A DNA stretch of 64,000 bases from an uncultured Gammaproteobacteria bacterium. Its GTDB lineage: Bacteria; Patescibacteriota; Microgenomatia; UBA8517. How positions within the stretch are numbered: position 1 is the stretch's first letter; every line of letters starts with the position of its first letter. Shown here in pieces: positions 55,730 through 64,000 of the stretch. The DNA is taken from the NCBI GenBank assembly GCA_964366085.1, contig CAYISM010000001.1, positions 17,211-81,210 of the forward strand. The letters run 5' to 3'. A model generated the notes under the pieces. That model was given only the letters and a program-made list of their open reading frames with translations, searched no databases and had not been told where the DNA came from. Both the position numbers and the translations under genes were made by a program.

Positions 55730-58477
55730 CTAAGGAATTACCGGATAGTGACAACGTTTCCACTTCTTCCCGGACCCACAGGGACAGGGGTCGTTGCGAC
55801 CCAACTTTTTTTTATTTGATGTTGATTGTTGGTTGTTGGTTGTTGGTTGTTTGAAGGCGGGCTCGCCAGTTACTAAAGCTTCTTCAGCCCCACCAGCAAG
55901 GCCAGTCATGTCGGTTGTATCAATATTTTCTCGGACTTTCTCAAGCGGGATTTCTGGTGCCGGAGCAACTCCGATTCTAAAGAGTCTTTGACAAAGCTCC
56001 TCATCAATTCGACCGAACAAATTTTCAAAAAGGGCATATGCCTCGTTTTTAAATTCAACTAACGGATTCCGCTGGCCAACACGTCTTAATTCAACCGCTT
56101 CTCTCAAGTCATCAATGTGGTCAATATGATCAATCCAAAGGTGGTCAATTGACCCAAGATATGCGTATTTTTCAACCTGTCTCATCGCACCCTCACCAAC
56201 TTGCTTTTCTCTTGACGCATAAACATCTGCCAGGACTTTATTCAAAAATTCTTTGATCTCATCTTTGCTTTTGAGATTTGCCTGCCCGACGGCAAGGCGG
56301 GAGATTTGAGATTTGAGATTTTTTATCGATTCATCATCAAAAGGAACAACCTCCAAAAATCCTGCGAGAACTCGTTCATAATCAATAGTTTTATCTTCCT
56401 GTAAAGATGCGCTCAAAGTTTTTTCTATCTGACTTAACAGTTTTCCATTTACTTCCTCTTTAATGTTCGAAGACTCAAGTATCCTTTTCCTTAATCCGTA
56501 AATAATTTCTCTGTGTTGATTTGTTACGTCGTCAAATTCAACCAGTCTTTTCCTCATATCAAAATTAAATCCTTCAACTTTAACCTGCGCCTGCTCGATT
56601 GCCCGCGAAACTAATTTATTTTCAATGGGTTGATCTTCCGGAATTTTAAGAGCTCCCATCAAAGATGCTATTTGTTCTCCTCCAAAAATCCGCATTAGAT
56701 CATCCTCAAGTGAGAGATAGAATCGGGAAGAACCCGGATCTCCCTGACGGCCTGATCTGCCTCTTAATTGGTTATCAATTCGTCTTGATTCATGCCTTTC
56801 GGTTCCAATTACATGGAGGCCTCCCGCTTTAATAACTGCGTCGTGGACCACCTGCCATTTTTTATAAGCAGGGGTTTTTTCATAGACTTCTCTATCCATT
56901 CCGGGAGTCATGTCTGAGGGACTCCCTCCGAGAATAATGTCAACTCCACGGCCTGCCATATTTGTTGCAACAGTTACGGCCCCCGGCCTGCCTGCATCAG
57001 CAATAATCGTCGCTTCTTTTTCATGGTTTTTAGCATTAAGTACGTTGTGAGGAATTTTTCTTCTTTTTAGATATTCTGAAACGATCTCATTTTTTTCAAT
57101 CGAGACAGTTCCAACCAAAACCGGCTGGCCCTTTTTGTGTTTCTCCTCGATTTCGTCAATTATTGCAGTGTATTTCCCTCTTAAAGTTTTATAGATTGAA
57201 TCGGAATTATCGATCCTTATCATTTGTCTGTGCGTTGGAACAACTACAACGTCTAATTTATAAATTTTCCTGAATTCTTCGGCCTCTGTTGCTGCCGTTC
57301 CCGTCATTCCTGATAAAGTTTCGTAGAGCCTAAAGTAATTCTGAAAAGAAATCGTTGCGAGTGTTTTTGATTCTTGTTGGATAGGGATTTCTTCTTTTGC
57401 CTCAACCGCTTGGTGAAGTCCATCGCTCCAGCGCCTGCCGATCATAAGTCGTCCCGTAAATTCGTCGACTATCATTACCTGATTATCTTTGACAACATAA
57501 TCACGATCTTTCAAAAAAAGCGTCCTTGCGCGAAGGGCATTTTCAATATGGTGGATTGATTCAAAATCTTTCTCATACAGATTGGTAACTCCCAGAATTT
57601 TTTCGACTTTGGAGATTCCGTGTTCGGTTAAAGAAGCGCTTTTTACTTTTTCGTCGACTTTATAATCGGTATCCGGATTGAGTTTTTCAACAATTTTTGC
57701 GAACTTGTAATATTTCTCCGTCGGCTCTGTATCCGGCATTGAAATGATAAGCGGCGTTCTTGCTTCGTCAATCAATACAGAGTCAACTTCGTCAACAATG
57801 GCAAAATAGTGGCCCCTTTGACTCATTTCGGGTATGGAACTAACCATGTTGTCACGCAGATAATCAAAACCAAACTCATTGTTTGTCCCGTAAGTAACAT
57901 CGGCCTCATAAGCTAATTTTCTTTCAACTGGTTTTAGATGTGAAAGTCTCTCGTCTCCATGGCTGGTATCAACATATTCGGGATCATAAACAAACGATTT
58001 TCCTTCCTGGACAATCGAACCTGTCGAGAGACCTAAAAGGTGAAAAATTGGTGCGTTCCAACCGGCATCACGGCGGGCTAGATAATCATTAACCGTAACC
58101 AAATGAACTCCACGACCTGAAAGCGCCCTAAGATAAAGCGCGGGAACTGCTGAAAGAGTTTTTCCTTCTCCGGTTTTCTGTTCGGCAATTTTCCCTTCAA
58201 ACAGAGAAACCCCCGCCATAAGTTGGACGTCATAATGTCTAAGTCCAATCGCGCGATATGAAGCCTCCCGGACCAAAGCATAAGCCTCCGGTAAAATGTC
58301 TTCTAAACTTTTACCCTTAGTCAGTTCTTCCTTGAAGAATTCTGTTTTTTTTGCAAAATCTTTGTCTTTTAACTTTTTAATTTTGGGTTCAAACTCGTTT
58401 ATTTGATCAACGATTTTTCTTAATCGATCGACTTCTCTTTGGTTAATGTCAAGGAGTTTGGAAAAAATATTAAACAT
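55730..58477 (-). CDS. secA: Preprotein translocase SecA
   Basis: KTGEGKT, DEVD, ATNMAGRG, RRIDNQLRGRSGRQGDPG and SEC-C GRNDPCPCGSGKK.K.CH motifs. Confidence 0.99.
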   Translation of the reverse strand: MFNIFSKLLDINQREVDRLRKIVDQINEFEPKIKKLKDKDFAKKTEFFKEELTKGKSLEDILPEAYALVREASYRAIGLRHYDVQLMAGVSLFEGKIAEQKTGEGKTLSAVPALYLRALSGRGVHLVTVNDYLARRDAGWNAPIFHLLGLSTGSIVQEGKSFVYDPEYVDTSHGDERLSHLKPVERKLAYEADVTYGTNNEFGFDYLRDNMVSSIPEMSQRGHYFAIVDEVDSVLIDEARTPLIISMPDTEPTEKYYKFAKIVEKLNPDTDYKVDEKVKSASLTEHGISKVEKILGVTNLYEKDFESIHHIENALRARTLFLKDRDYVVKDNQVMIVDEFTGRLMIGRRWSDGLHQAVEAKEEIPIQQESKTLATISFQNYFRLYETLSGMTGTAATEAEEFRKIYKLDVVVVPTHRQMIRIDNSDSIYKTLRGKYTAIIDEIEEKHKKGQPVLVGTVSIEKNEIVSEYLKRRKIPHNVLNAKNHEKEATIIADAGRPGAVTVATNMAGRGVDIILGGSPSDMTPGMDREVYEKTPAYKKWQVVHDAVIKAGGLHVIGTERHESRRIDNQLRGRSGRQGDPGSSRFYLSLEDDLMRIFGGEQIASLMGALKIPEDQPIENKLVSRAIEQAQVKVEGFNFDMRKRLVEFDDVTNQHREIIYGLRKRILESSNIKEEVNGKLLSQIEKTLSASLQEDKTIDYERVLAGFLEVVPFDDESIKNLKSQISRLAVGQANLKSKDEIKEFLNKVLADVYASREKQVGEGAMRQVEKYAYLGSIDHLWIDHIDHIDDLREAVELRRVGQRNPLVEFKNEAYALFENLFGRIDEELCQRLFRIGVAPAPEIPLEKVRENIDTTDMTGLAGGAEEALVTGEPAFKQPTTNNQQSTSNKKKLGRNDPCPCGSGKKWKRCHYPVIP
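55815..55849. repeat. Heptamer array in the secA C-terminal linker (encodes QPTTNNQQSTS)
   Basis: tttgatg ttgattg ttggttg ttggttg ttggttg. Confidence 0.85.
56281..56301. repeat. 21-nt hairpin insertion, family A, nested in a TGAGATT heptamer array in secA
   Basis: Minus strand CCCGCCT-T-GCCGTC-GGGCAGG; removal gives four tgagatt units (NLKSQISNLK). Confidence 0.9.
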
Positions 58478-58540
58478 ATAATTATCTCTCTATACCAAAT
58501 ATACCTTTGTTTGCATCTTAGAATAGCATGTTTTATCAGC

Positions 58541-59203
58541 TCAATTCTTGCATATAAACATCACATTAGCCTCTGGGTAAAATATTTCAACCTCTCCGAA
58601 TACCTTTTTTAGCTTATTTCCAAATTTAACCGCTTCTACCCTTTTCCTATCAAAATAAAGCCTATTGAAAACCGCAATACCGCCACCAGACAACAGTTTA
58701 AGTATAAATCTAAGAAAAAAGTCTGTAGTAAACTTCTCCGGCACTCCGTATCCGACATAGAGGTCCATTAAAATTAGATCATATTTTTGAGTTTTAACAT
58801 TTGAGACTTGAGTTACGAACTCATAAGCATCCTGTATTTTTATATCAACGTCTATATTGCCTAACCCCAAGTATTTTTTGCCTAGTCCTATCATGATCGG
58901 GTCAATCTCGACACCTGTAATTTTTGCATCGGGCTCGCCTCGTGAAGCGGGCCAAAGTTTTCTAACAATTTTCGCAGCTGTTCCACCCCCCAAGCCCAAG
59001 ATAAGTGAGTTATGAATTATGAATTTGGAATTATGAATTTTCTTGAGAGTTTTTCGCCAGATTTCTTCCACAACTCCTCCAGATTGGGTAAGATTGTCAA
59101 CCTGGATATACGTCCCAAAAGCTAAACTTCTTACTACTCTTATTCTTCCATTAATGGGTGAGTCAACTTCCTCCAAAATTTTCGTCCCCAAAACAAAGTC
59201 CAT
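58541..59203 (-). CDS. Spermidine-synthase-like SAM methyltransferase
   Basis: LILGLGGG, VEIDP, DA..F, YDLI..D and L..GG...FN motifs. Confidence 0.85.
   Translation of the reverse strand: MDFVLGTKILEEVDSPINGRIRVVRSLAFGTYIQVDNLTQSGGVVEEIWRKTLKKIHNSKFIIHNSLILGLGGGTAAKIVRKLWPASRGEPDAKITGVEIDPIMIGLGKKYLGLGNIDVDIKIQDAYEFVTQVSNVKTQKYDLILMDLYVGYGVPEKFTTDFFLRFILKLLSGGGIAVFNRLYFDRKRVEAVKFGNKLKKVFGEVEIFYPEANVMFICKN
58934..58951. repeat. 18-nt hairpin insertion, family A (encodes ASRGEP)
   Basis: CTCGCCT-CGTG-AAGCGGG; removal restores LWPDAKI at a GG|CC site. Confidence 0.8.
59011..59038. repeat. Heptamer array (encodes IHNSKFIIH)
   Basis: tatgaat tatgaat ttggaat tatgaat. Confidence 0.85.
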
Positions 59204-59253
59204 GGATCAATTATATATGTAAATTTTGTGTCAGGTGTTATAATGCCACCCTA

Positions 59254-59496
59254 ATGAGAGAAGAAAGGAAAACAAGCGGTCCTATTGAAGCGGGAAGGTA
59301 TAGATTTTTCTGCGCCAGACTCGCTACCTGCCAAGTTTTTTTGAACGAACGATTAGAACAAAGAAGGTTTGTCAGAAAAGTTGGAAGTCCGGCTCCCGAA
59401 TGGATAGAAAAAGATATTAAGAACCTTTTCAAACTTAAAAGAGATCTAAATCGGGAAAGAAGAAAAATCGAGAGGAACCTCGGGATTTCTAGGTGA
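59254..59496 (+). CDS. Small basic hypothetical protein
   Basis: TGT-TATAAT at 59236-59244, 9 nt before ATG 59254; the ORF fills the intergenic gap. Confidence 0.5.
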   Translation: MREERKTSGPIEAGRYRFFCARLATCQVFLNERLEQRRFVRKVGSPAPEWIEKDIKNLFKLKRDLNRERRKIERNLGISR

Positions 59497-59538
59497 CTTC
59501 TTTACTTCGGATTTTGTTTGGATGTAAAATGACCGGAT

Positions 59539-60699
59539 ATGGTTTCTATTCCATTACCAGAGGTTTTACGGCCCAAAAAATTATCCCAGTTTGTTGGGCA
59601 GGAAAATTTAGTGGGAAAAAACGGCATCATTAGCAGGTTGCTAAGTAACCAAATAATCAATGCTTACTTCCCTTCTCTCATCTTCTGGGGCCCGCCAGGG
59701 TCAGGTAAAACAACGCTGGCAAAAATAATTGCCAATACCTTAAAAAGGGAATTCTTTGAATTTTCGGCGGTTTCGGTTTCAATAAAAGATATTCAAAAGG
59801 TTATGACTGTGGGGAATCTTTTTCCGCCTGTAATTTTGATTGATGAAATTCATAGATTTAATAAAGCCCAGCAAGATAAACTTCTTCCCTTTGTAGAACG
59901 CGGTGATATAACTTTAATTGGAGCAACAACAGAAAATCCATCCTTTGAGGTCATTGGTCCGCTTTTATCCCGCACTCGCGTACTCATCCTAAATCAACTT
60001 ACCCAAAAAGAACTCAGGAAGATTATTAAAAGAGCAGAAAAACATCTTAAAGTTAAACTTGACAAAAAAGCACAAGAATTTTTAATTGAATCATCTAATG
60101 GTGACGCCCGAGTTCTTCTGAATGTTCTCGAAATCGCTCATAACTTAAATACTAAATACAAAATACTAAATACTAAACATATCGAACAGGCACTTCAAAG
60201 AAGACAATTAACTTTCGACAAACAGGGTGAAGAATTTTACAACGTAATTAGCGCATTTATCAAATCAATGCGGGCAAGCGATGTCGACGCCGCGCTTTAC
60301 TATCTCGCCAGAATGGTTGAGGCCGGCCAGGACCCTTTATACATTGCAAGGAGAATGGTAGTGTTTGCCAGTGAGGATGTTGCCTCCCCCACCGCTTTAG
60401 TAGTAGCAAATGCAGTGTTCCAAGCTTGCAATACGATTGGTTATCCAGAGTGCCAAGAGAACCTAGCGGCAGGGACAGTTTATTTGGCTACAGCAAAGAA
60501 GGATAGGAGTGCTTACGAGGCCTACATGAGAGCCCTAGAGGATGTTAAAAGGTTCGGAAACCTCCCTATTCCACTCCAAATCCGCAATCCGGTTACAAAA
60601 TTAATGGAAGAAATCGGCTATGGAAAAGGCTACGAAAAGTACGATAAAACCAGTTATTTGCCCGAAAAATTAAGAGGTAAGAAGTATTTTAGAAACTAG
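59539..60699 (+). CDS. rarA: Replication-associated recombination protein A (MgsA)
   Basis: [41 protein letters not shown] and ASED motifs. Confidence 0.96.
   Translation: MVSIPLPEVLRPKKLSQFVGQENLVGKNGIISRLLSNQIINAYFPSLIFWGPPGSGKTTLAKIIANTLKREFFEFSAVSVSIKDIQKVMTVGNLFPPVILIDEIHRFNKAQQDKLLPFVERGDITLIGATTENPSFEVIGPLLSRTRVLILNQLTQKELRKIIKRAEKHLKVKLDKKAQEFLIESSNGDARVLLNVLEIAHNLNTKYKILNTKHIEQALQRRQLTFDKQGEEFYNVISAFIKSMRASDVDAALYYLARMVEAGQDPLYIARRMVVFASEDVASPTALVVANAVFQACNTIGYPECQENLAAGTVYLATAKKDRSAYEAYMRALEDVKRFGNLPIPLQIRNPVTKLMEEIGYGKGYEKYDKTSYLPEKLRGKKYFRN
60146..60180. repeat. Heptamer array in rarA (encodes [12 protein letters not shown])
   Basis: taaatac taaatac aaaatac taaatac taaacat. Confidence 0.9.
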
Positions 60700-60702
60700 C
60701 AA

Positions 60703-60753
60703 CTAGATTCTAGTTCCTATTCTGTCTTTCCCAACCCACTTTTGAAAAACTTG
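60703..60753 (-). repeat. Displaced copy of the serS 3' end (QVFQKWVGKDRIGTRI*)
   Basis: 60723-60746 is identical to 62909-62932 (24 bp). Confidence 0.92.
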
Positions 60754-60798
60754 ATTTCGGCAATTGACAACCTTGTTCCCACGATATTAAATCAAAAT

Positions 60799-60996
60799 AT
60801 GATCACCAACACTGATATTGAGTTACTCAAAGATACCTTTGCTACCAAAGAAGATCTTCAGCAGATGAAAAGCGATCTTTTAGATAAACTCGATTCTGTT
60901 TTAAAAGAAATTCTTGCATCTAGAGAAGAAGAAACAATATTATCTCATAGGGTTTCAGACCACGAAGATAGAATCACAAAACTTGAATCAAACTAA
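60799..60996 (+). CDS. Small coiled-coil protein (ATKEDL type)
   Basis: MITNTDIELLKDTFATKEDL...HEDRITKLE. Confidence 0.75.
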   Translation: MITNTDIELLKDTFATKEDLQQMKSDLLDKLDSVLKEILASREEETILSHRVSDHEDRITKLESN

Positions 60997-61011
60997 TTTC
61001 TAGACTGCTAA

Positions 61012-61053
61012 CTAAAGATTACTAGCTACTATTTTTTCCTTCCCAGCCCATTT
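61012..61053 (-). repeat. Second, more diverged copy of the serS 3' end (KWAGKEKIVASNL*)
   Basis: Codon-aligned with native KWVGKDKI; starts 4 nt after the ABC gene stop. Confidence 0.75.
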
Positions 61054-61057
61054 AAAT

Positions 61058-62878
61058 TTATTGATATCCAATCGCTTGCTTATTAAACATTCTTGCATAA
61101 ACTCCATTTTTCCTTATTAAATCTTCATGGCTTCCTTGTTCAATTATTTTCCCTTTATCAAGGACGATAATCTTATCAGCATTTCTGACTGTCGAAAATC
61201 TGTGGGAAATCAAAAACAAAGTTTTATCTTTATAAAACTTTTTAAGGTTGTTAAAAATCTCAAACTCGCTATCGGCATCGATTGCCGAAGTCGGTTCGTC
61301 TAGTATCAAAACGGGTGCAGACTCGTAGAAGGCTCTGGCAACGGCCAATTTTTGCCATTGCCCTTGAGAAAGTTCAATCCCTCCTTCAAATTGACGACCC
61401 AAAAGTTGATTATATTTTTTTGGTAGTTCTTCGATAAACTCTTTCGCTCCGCTTTTCTCGGCAGCGTCTAGCATTCTTTTGTGATCCTTAACTTCAGTAT
61501 TCCCTAGCATTATGTTTTCGGCGACTGTAAAGTCATAGTGCATAAATTCTTGAAAAAGCGTGCCCAAAAACGCATACCAGTCCGAAATTTTTAGGTCTTT
61601 TATACTCACCCCATTTATTAAAATTTCTCCCGAAGTTACATCGTAAAAACGACAAAGAAGCTTGACTATCGTTGTTTTACCCGCCCCATTTTTTCCGACA
61701 ACCGCAATATTCTCCCCTGGGTCAATCGTAAAACTTACGCTTTTTAAAACCGTTTCTTTGGCGCCGGGATACGAGAATGAAACACCCTTAAATTCAATTC
61801 TCGGGGGCAAATCTTTTCTAGAAATTCTTACAGGGTGACTTGTCTCCTTAATTGTCGGCGAGAGACCCAGAACTTCAAAATAATGATCTACGTATAAATT
61901 ATTCTCGTACATATCACCAAGATTCAAAATCATATCCGCGACAGCACCCGAAATCCTGTCCAAGATACTTACAAAAAAAGTAAAATCTCCAACCGACATT
62001 TTGCCAGACAGGACAACCGGCAACTTAAGGTAGGCAAAAATAAACACCACCGAAACTTCAAAAAGCTGAGGGAAAATTGCAACATTCAAAAACTTTTCTA
62101 CCGGCCCTTTGTTGAGGTTATATAGATAATCTTGTGTTTTCTTAAAACGACCCAAAAGCTCTTTCCCCGATTGAAAGATTCTTGACTCGACAATCGCCAT
62201 CTTAGTTGAAAGTAACCAGCGAAGGTACCAAAGTTTACGGACTTCTGGGGCACCCGAACCATATATTGACCACTCAAGTTTTCCGAATTTGGTCCTTAAA
62301 TATAAGCGCGGCAAACTCAGAAAAGACACTGTAATCGGAATCCACCATCCGTAAGGAATCAAGATAAGAAATGAAGAGACGTAGCTAACAAAATTGTTAA
62401 AAAGATACGAAGATTGTCTCAAAAAATCAGGGGGTCTCCAGGTAAAAGTATCCGAAGCTTTTGCAATTAAATCTTCCGTTTTCGGATTTTCCAAGTGAGC
62501 AATATCTAAATTAGAAACTTTCTCAAAGAATCTATAATTAAGTGCGTTCTGGATTTTGTACCTAAACAAAAAATCAAAATATGTGTTTTTCAGGCCCCAC
62601 ATCACAAAATCCCAGGCAATGTTCAAAATATATCTCGACCCGAGAAGCGCAATTAAGATAAGGGGGATTGTGGTAGTGATATTTTGTGACTTAATTAAAT
62701 AGTCAACCAAAAGTTTATAAATATAACTCGTGATAATCGGGAAAAATGCGCCGATGCCGGCAGTGCCAAAATATCCGATTGTAAGAAACTTATCAGTTTC
62801 CCACGCCAAAGAAAGCATTCTTCCAAGGTTGATAAGAACGTTTTGTGCAGATTTAGCTAATGACGAAAACCGTTGCAT
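61058..62878 (-). CDS. ABC exporter, fused permease and ATPase
   Basis: Six-TM N-terminal domain, GKNGAGKTT, LSQGQWQK, LDEPT and ISHR motifs. Confidence 0.93.
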   Translation of the reverse strand: MQRFSSLAKSAQNVLINLGRMLSLAWETDKFLTIGYFGTAGIGAFFPIITSYIYKLLVDYLIKSQNITTTIPLILIALLGSRYILNIAWDFVMWGLKNTYFDFLFRYKIQNALNYRFFEKVSNLDIAHLENPKTEDLIAKASDTFTWRPPDFLRQSSYLFNNFVSYVSSFLILIPYGWWIPITVSFLSLPRLYLRTKFGKLEWSIYGSGAPEVRKLWYLRWLLSTKMAIVESRIFQSGKELLGRFKKTQDYLYNLNKGPVEKFLNVAIFPQLFEVSVVFIFAYLKLPVVLSGKMSVGDFTFFVSILDRISGAVADMILNLGDMYENNLYVDHYFEVLGLSPTIKETSHPVRISRKDLPPRIEFKGVSFSYPGAKETVLKSVSFTIDPGENIAVVGKNGAGKTTIVKLLCRFYDVTSGEILINGVSIKDLKISDWYAFLGTLFQEFMHYDFTVAENIMLGNTEVKDHKRMLDAAEKSGAKEFIEELPKKYNQLLGRQFEGGIELSQGQWQKLAVARAFYESAPVLILDEPTSAIDADSEFEIFNNLKKFYKDKTLFLISHRFSTVRNADKIIVLDKGKIIEQGSHEDLIRKNGVYARMFNKQAIGYQ

Positions 62879-62894
62879 TAATTAAATTTTAGAC

Positions 62895-64000
62895 CTATCT
62901 GGAGATTTTGTCTTTCCCAACCCACTTTTGAAGCACTTTGGGGATTTTGACCGAACCGTCTTCCTGCTGATAATTTTCCAAAATTGCGATGATTGTGCGA
63001 CCAATTGCAAAAGCTGTCCCGTTAAGAGTGTGGGCAAATTCAGTTTTGTCTCCTTCGCGATACTTTATATTCAATCTCCTTGCCTGAAAATCTGTTGTTG
63101 TTGAAGTTGAAGTTAGTTCGCGATACTTCTCTTGCGAAGGAATCCAGGCCTCCAAATCATATTTTCTGGCAGCCGGCATTCCTAAATCCCCCGAACACAT
63201 TTTGACAACTTGATAGGGGAGTTTCAGTTTTTGCAAAAGTTTTTCCTCCAAAGAAAGTAAGAATTCGTGCTCGCGATCTCCGTCTTCGGGCTTAACGTAC
63301 GAAAACATTTCTACTTTATCAAATTGGTGAACCCTTAAAATTCCTCTTGTGTCCTTGCCATAAGTCCCCGCTTCCCTTCTGAAACAAGTAGAAAAGCCCA
63401 TGTATCTAAGAGGTAAGCTGTTAGCCATAAGCGTTTCGTTTGCGTGCATTGGCCCAATTGATTGTTCAGAGGTTCCGACTAAAACCAATCCATCTTTATC
63501 GAAAATATACATCTGTTCATTTCCTCCATGTTCCATATATCCCATTCCCTGCATCATTTCGGTTTTAATAAAAACCGGAGGAACAACCGGAGTAAAACCT
63601 TCTTTTGTCAAAGTTTCAATTGCAAGTTGTACTAATGCAAATTCCAAAAGAACTGCATCCCCTTTTAAATATCCGAATCTTGCTCCCGAAACTTTTGCAG
63701 CGCGTTCTACGTCAATTATTCCCAACTTCTCGCCAAGCTCAAGGTGGTCTTTAGGTTTAAAATCAAATTTTTTAGGCTCTCCGTGCTTCCTTAAAACTTC
63801 ATTTTCAGTATCGTTTTTGCCTTCTTTTACGTCATCAGCTGGCGAATTCGGAATCTTAAACATTGTCTTTTTATATTTCTCTTCGACTTCTTTTAATTCC
63901 GGTTCGAGCTTTTTTAGTTTCTCTTTAATTTCCTTGCCCTTGCTACTTACTACATGCTCCTTACTACTAATCTCATTTCTCTCAGCCCGAAGTTCCTCAA
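62895..64000 (-). CDS. serS: Seryl-tRNA synthetase, 5' end outside the window
   Basis: GTSEQ, FRREAG, RVHQFDKVE and HTLNGT motifs; frame stays open to the window edge (EELRAERNEISSK...). Confidence 0.98.
   Translation of the reverse strand, partial: EELRAERNEISSKEHVVSSKGKEIKEKLKKLEPELKEVEEKYKKTMFKIPNSPADDVKEGKNDTENEVLRKHGEPKKFDFKPKDHLELGEKLGIIDVERAAKVSGARFGYLKGDAVLLEFALVQLAIETLTKEGFTPVVPPVFIKTEMMQGMGYMEHGGNEQMYIFDKDGLVLVGTSEQSIGPMHANETLMANSLPLRYMGFSTCFRREAGTYGKDTRGILRVHQFDKVEMFSYVKPEDGDREHEFLLSLEEKLLQKLKLPYQVVKMCSGDLGMPAARKYDLEAWIPSQEKYRELTSTSTTTDFQARRLNIKYREGDKTEFAHTLNGTAFAIGRTIIAILENYQQEDGSVKIPKVLQKWVGKDKISR
63941..63968. repeat. Heptamer array in the serS coiled-coil arm (encodes SSKEHVVSS)
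   Basis: tgctact tactaca tgctcct tactact. Confidence 0.75.

Noticed and set aside
55856-55867. GGCG-GGCT-CGCC mini-hairpin beside the secA heptamer array
   Set aside because: The arms are only 4 bp and could arise by chance.
58785-58812. Possible second heptamer array in the methyltransferase (ttttgag ttttaac atttgag acttgag)
   Set aside because: It is too degenerate to call separately, though consistent with the general pattern.
4204-59432. Numerous 60-140 aa ORFs antisense to or nested in larger genes
   Set aside because: They are shadow ORFs with no recognisable motifs that overlap confidently assigned genes.

Overview
This is an AT-rich bacterial chromosome segment, almost entirely coded on the minus strand. 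Gene content and short-leader promoters suggest Patescibacteria/CPR, probably Microgenomates (inference). Positions 1-36 kb hold a very large surface-glycosylation locus: about 13 GT-C-fold membrane glycosyltransferases, 8 GT2, 1 GT4, a Wzx flippase, a methyltransferase and rmlABCD, with trmD, a DEDDh exonuclease and a DUF35 gene interspersed. Positions 36-47.8 kb hold secreted or membrane proteins, a TrpR-like regulator, a circularly permuted M23 peptidase, ftsX, ftsE, prfB and an FKBP. Positions 48-55.7 kb are an accessory stack downstream of secA: a MoxR-type AAA+ with a metallopeptidase-VWA partner, a RelE/Phd toxin-antitoxin pair and a Fic gene. The window ends with secA, a methyltransferase, rarA, an ABC exporter and a partial serS. 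Three patterns are not explained by the gene calls. (1) About a dozen short palindromes sit in frame inside protein genes, including SecA. (2) Degenerate 7-nt tandem arrays lie inside genes, and some host those palindromes. (3) Displaced, diverged copies of the 3' ends of serS, and more weakly secA, sit between the accessory genes stacked behind them, suggesting serial cassette accretion at housekeeping-gene tails. No rRNA, tRNA, CRISPR array, integrase or transposase was recognised.
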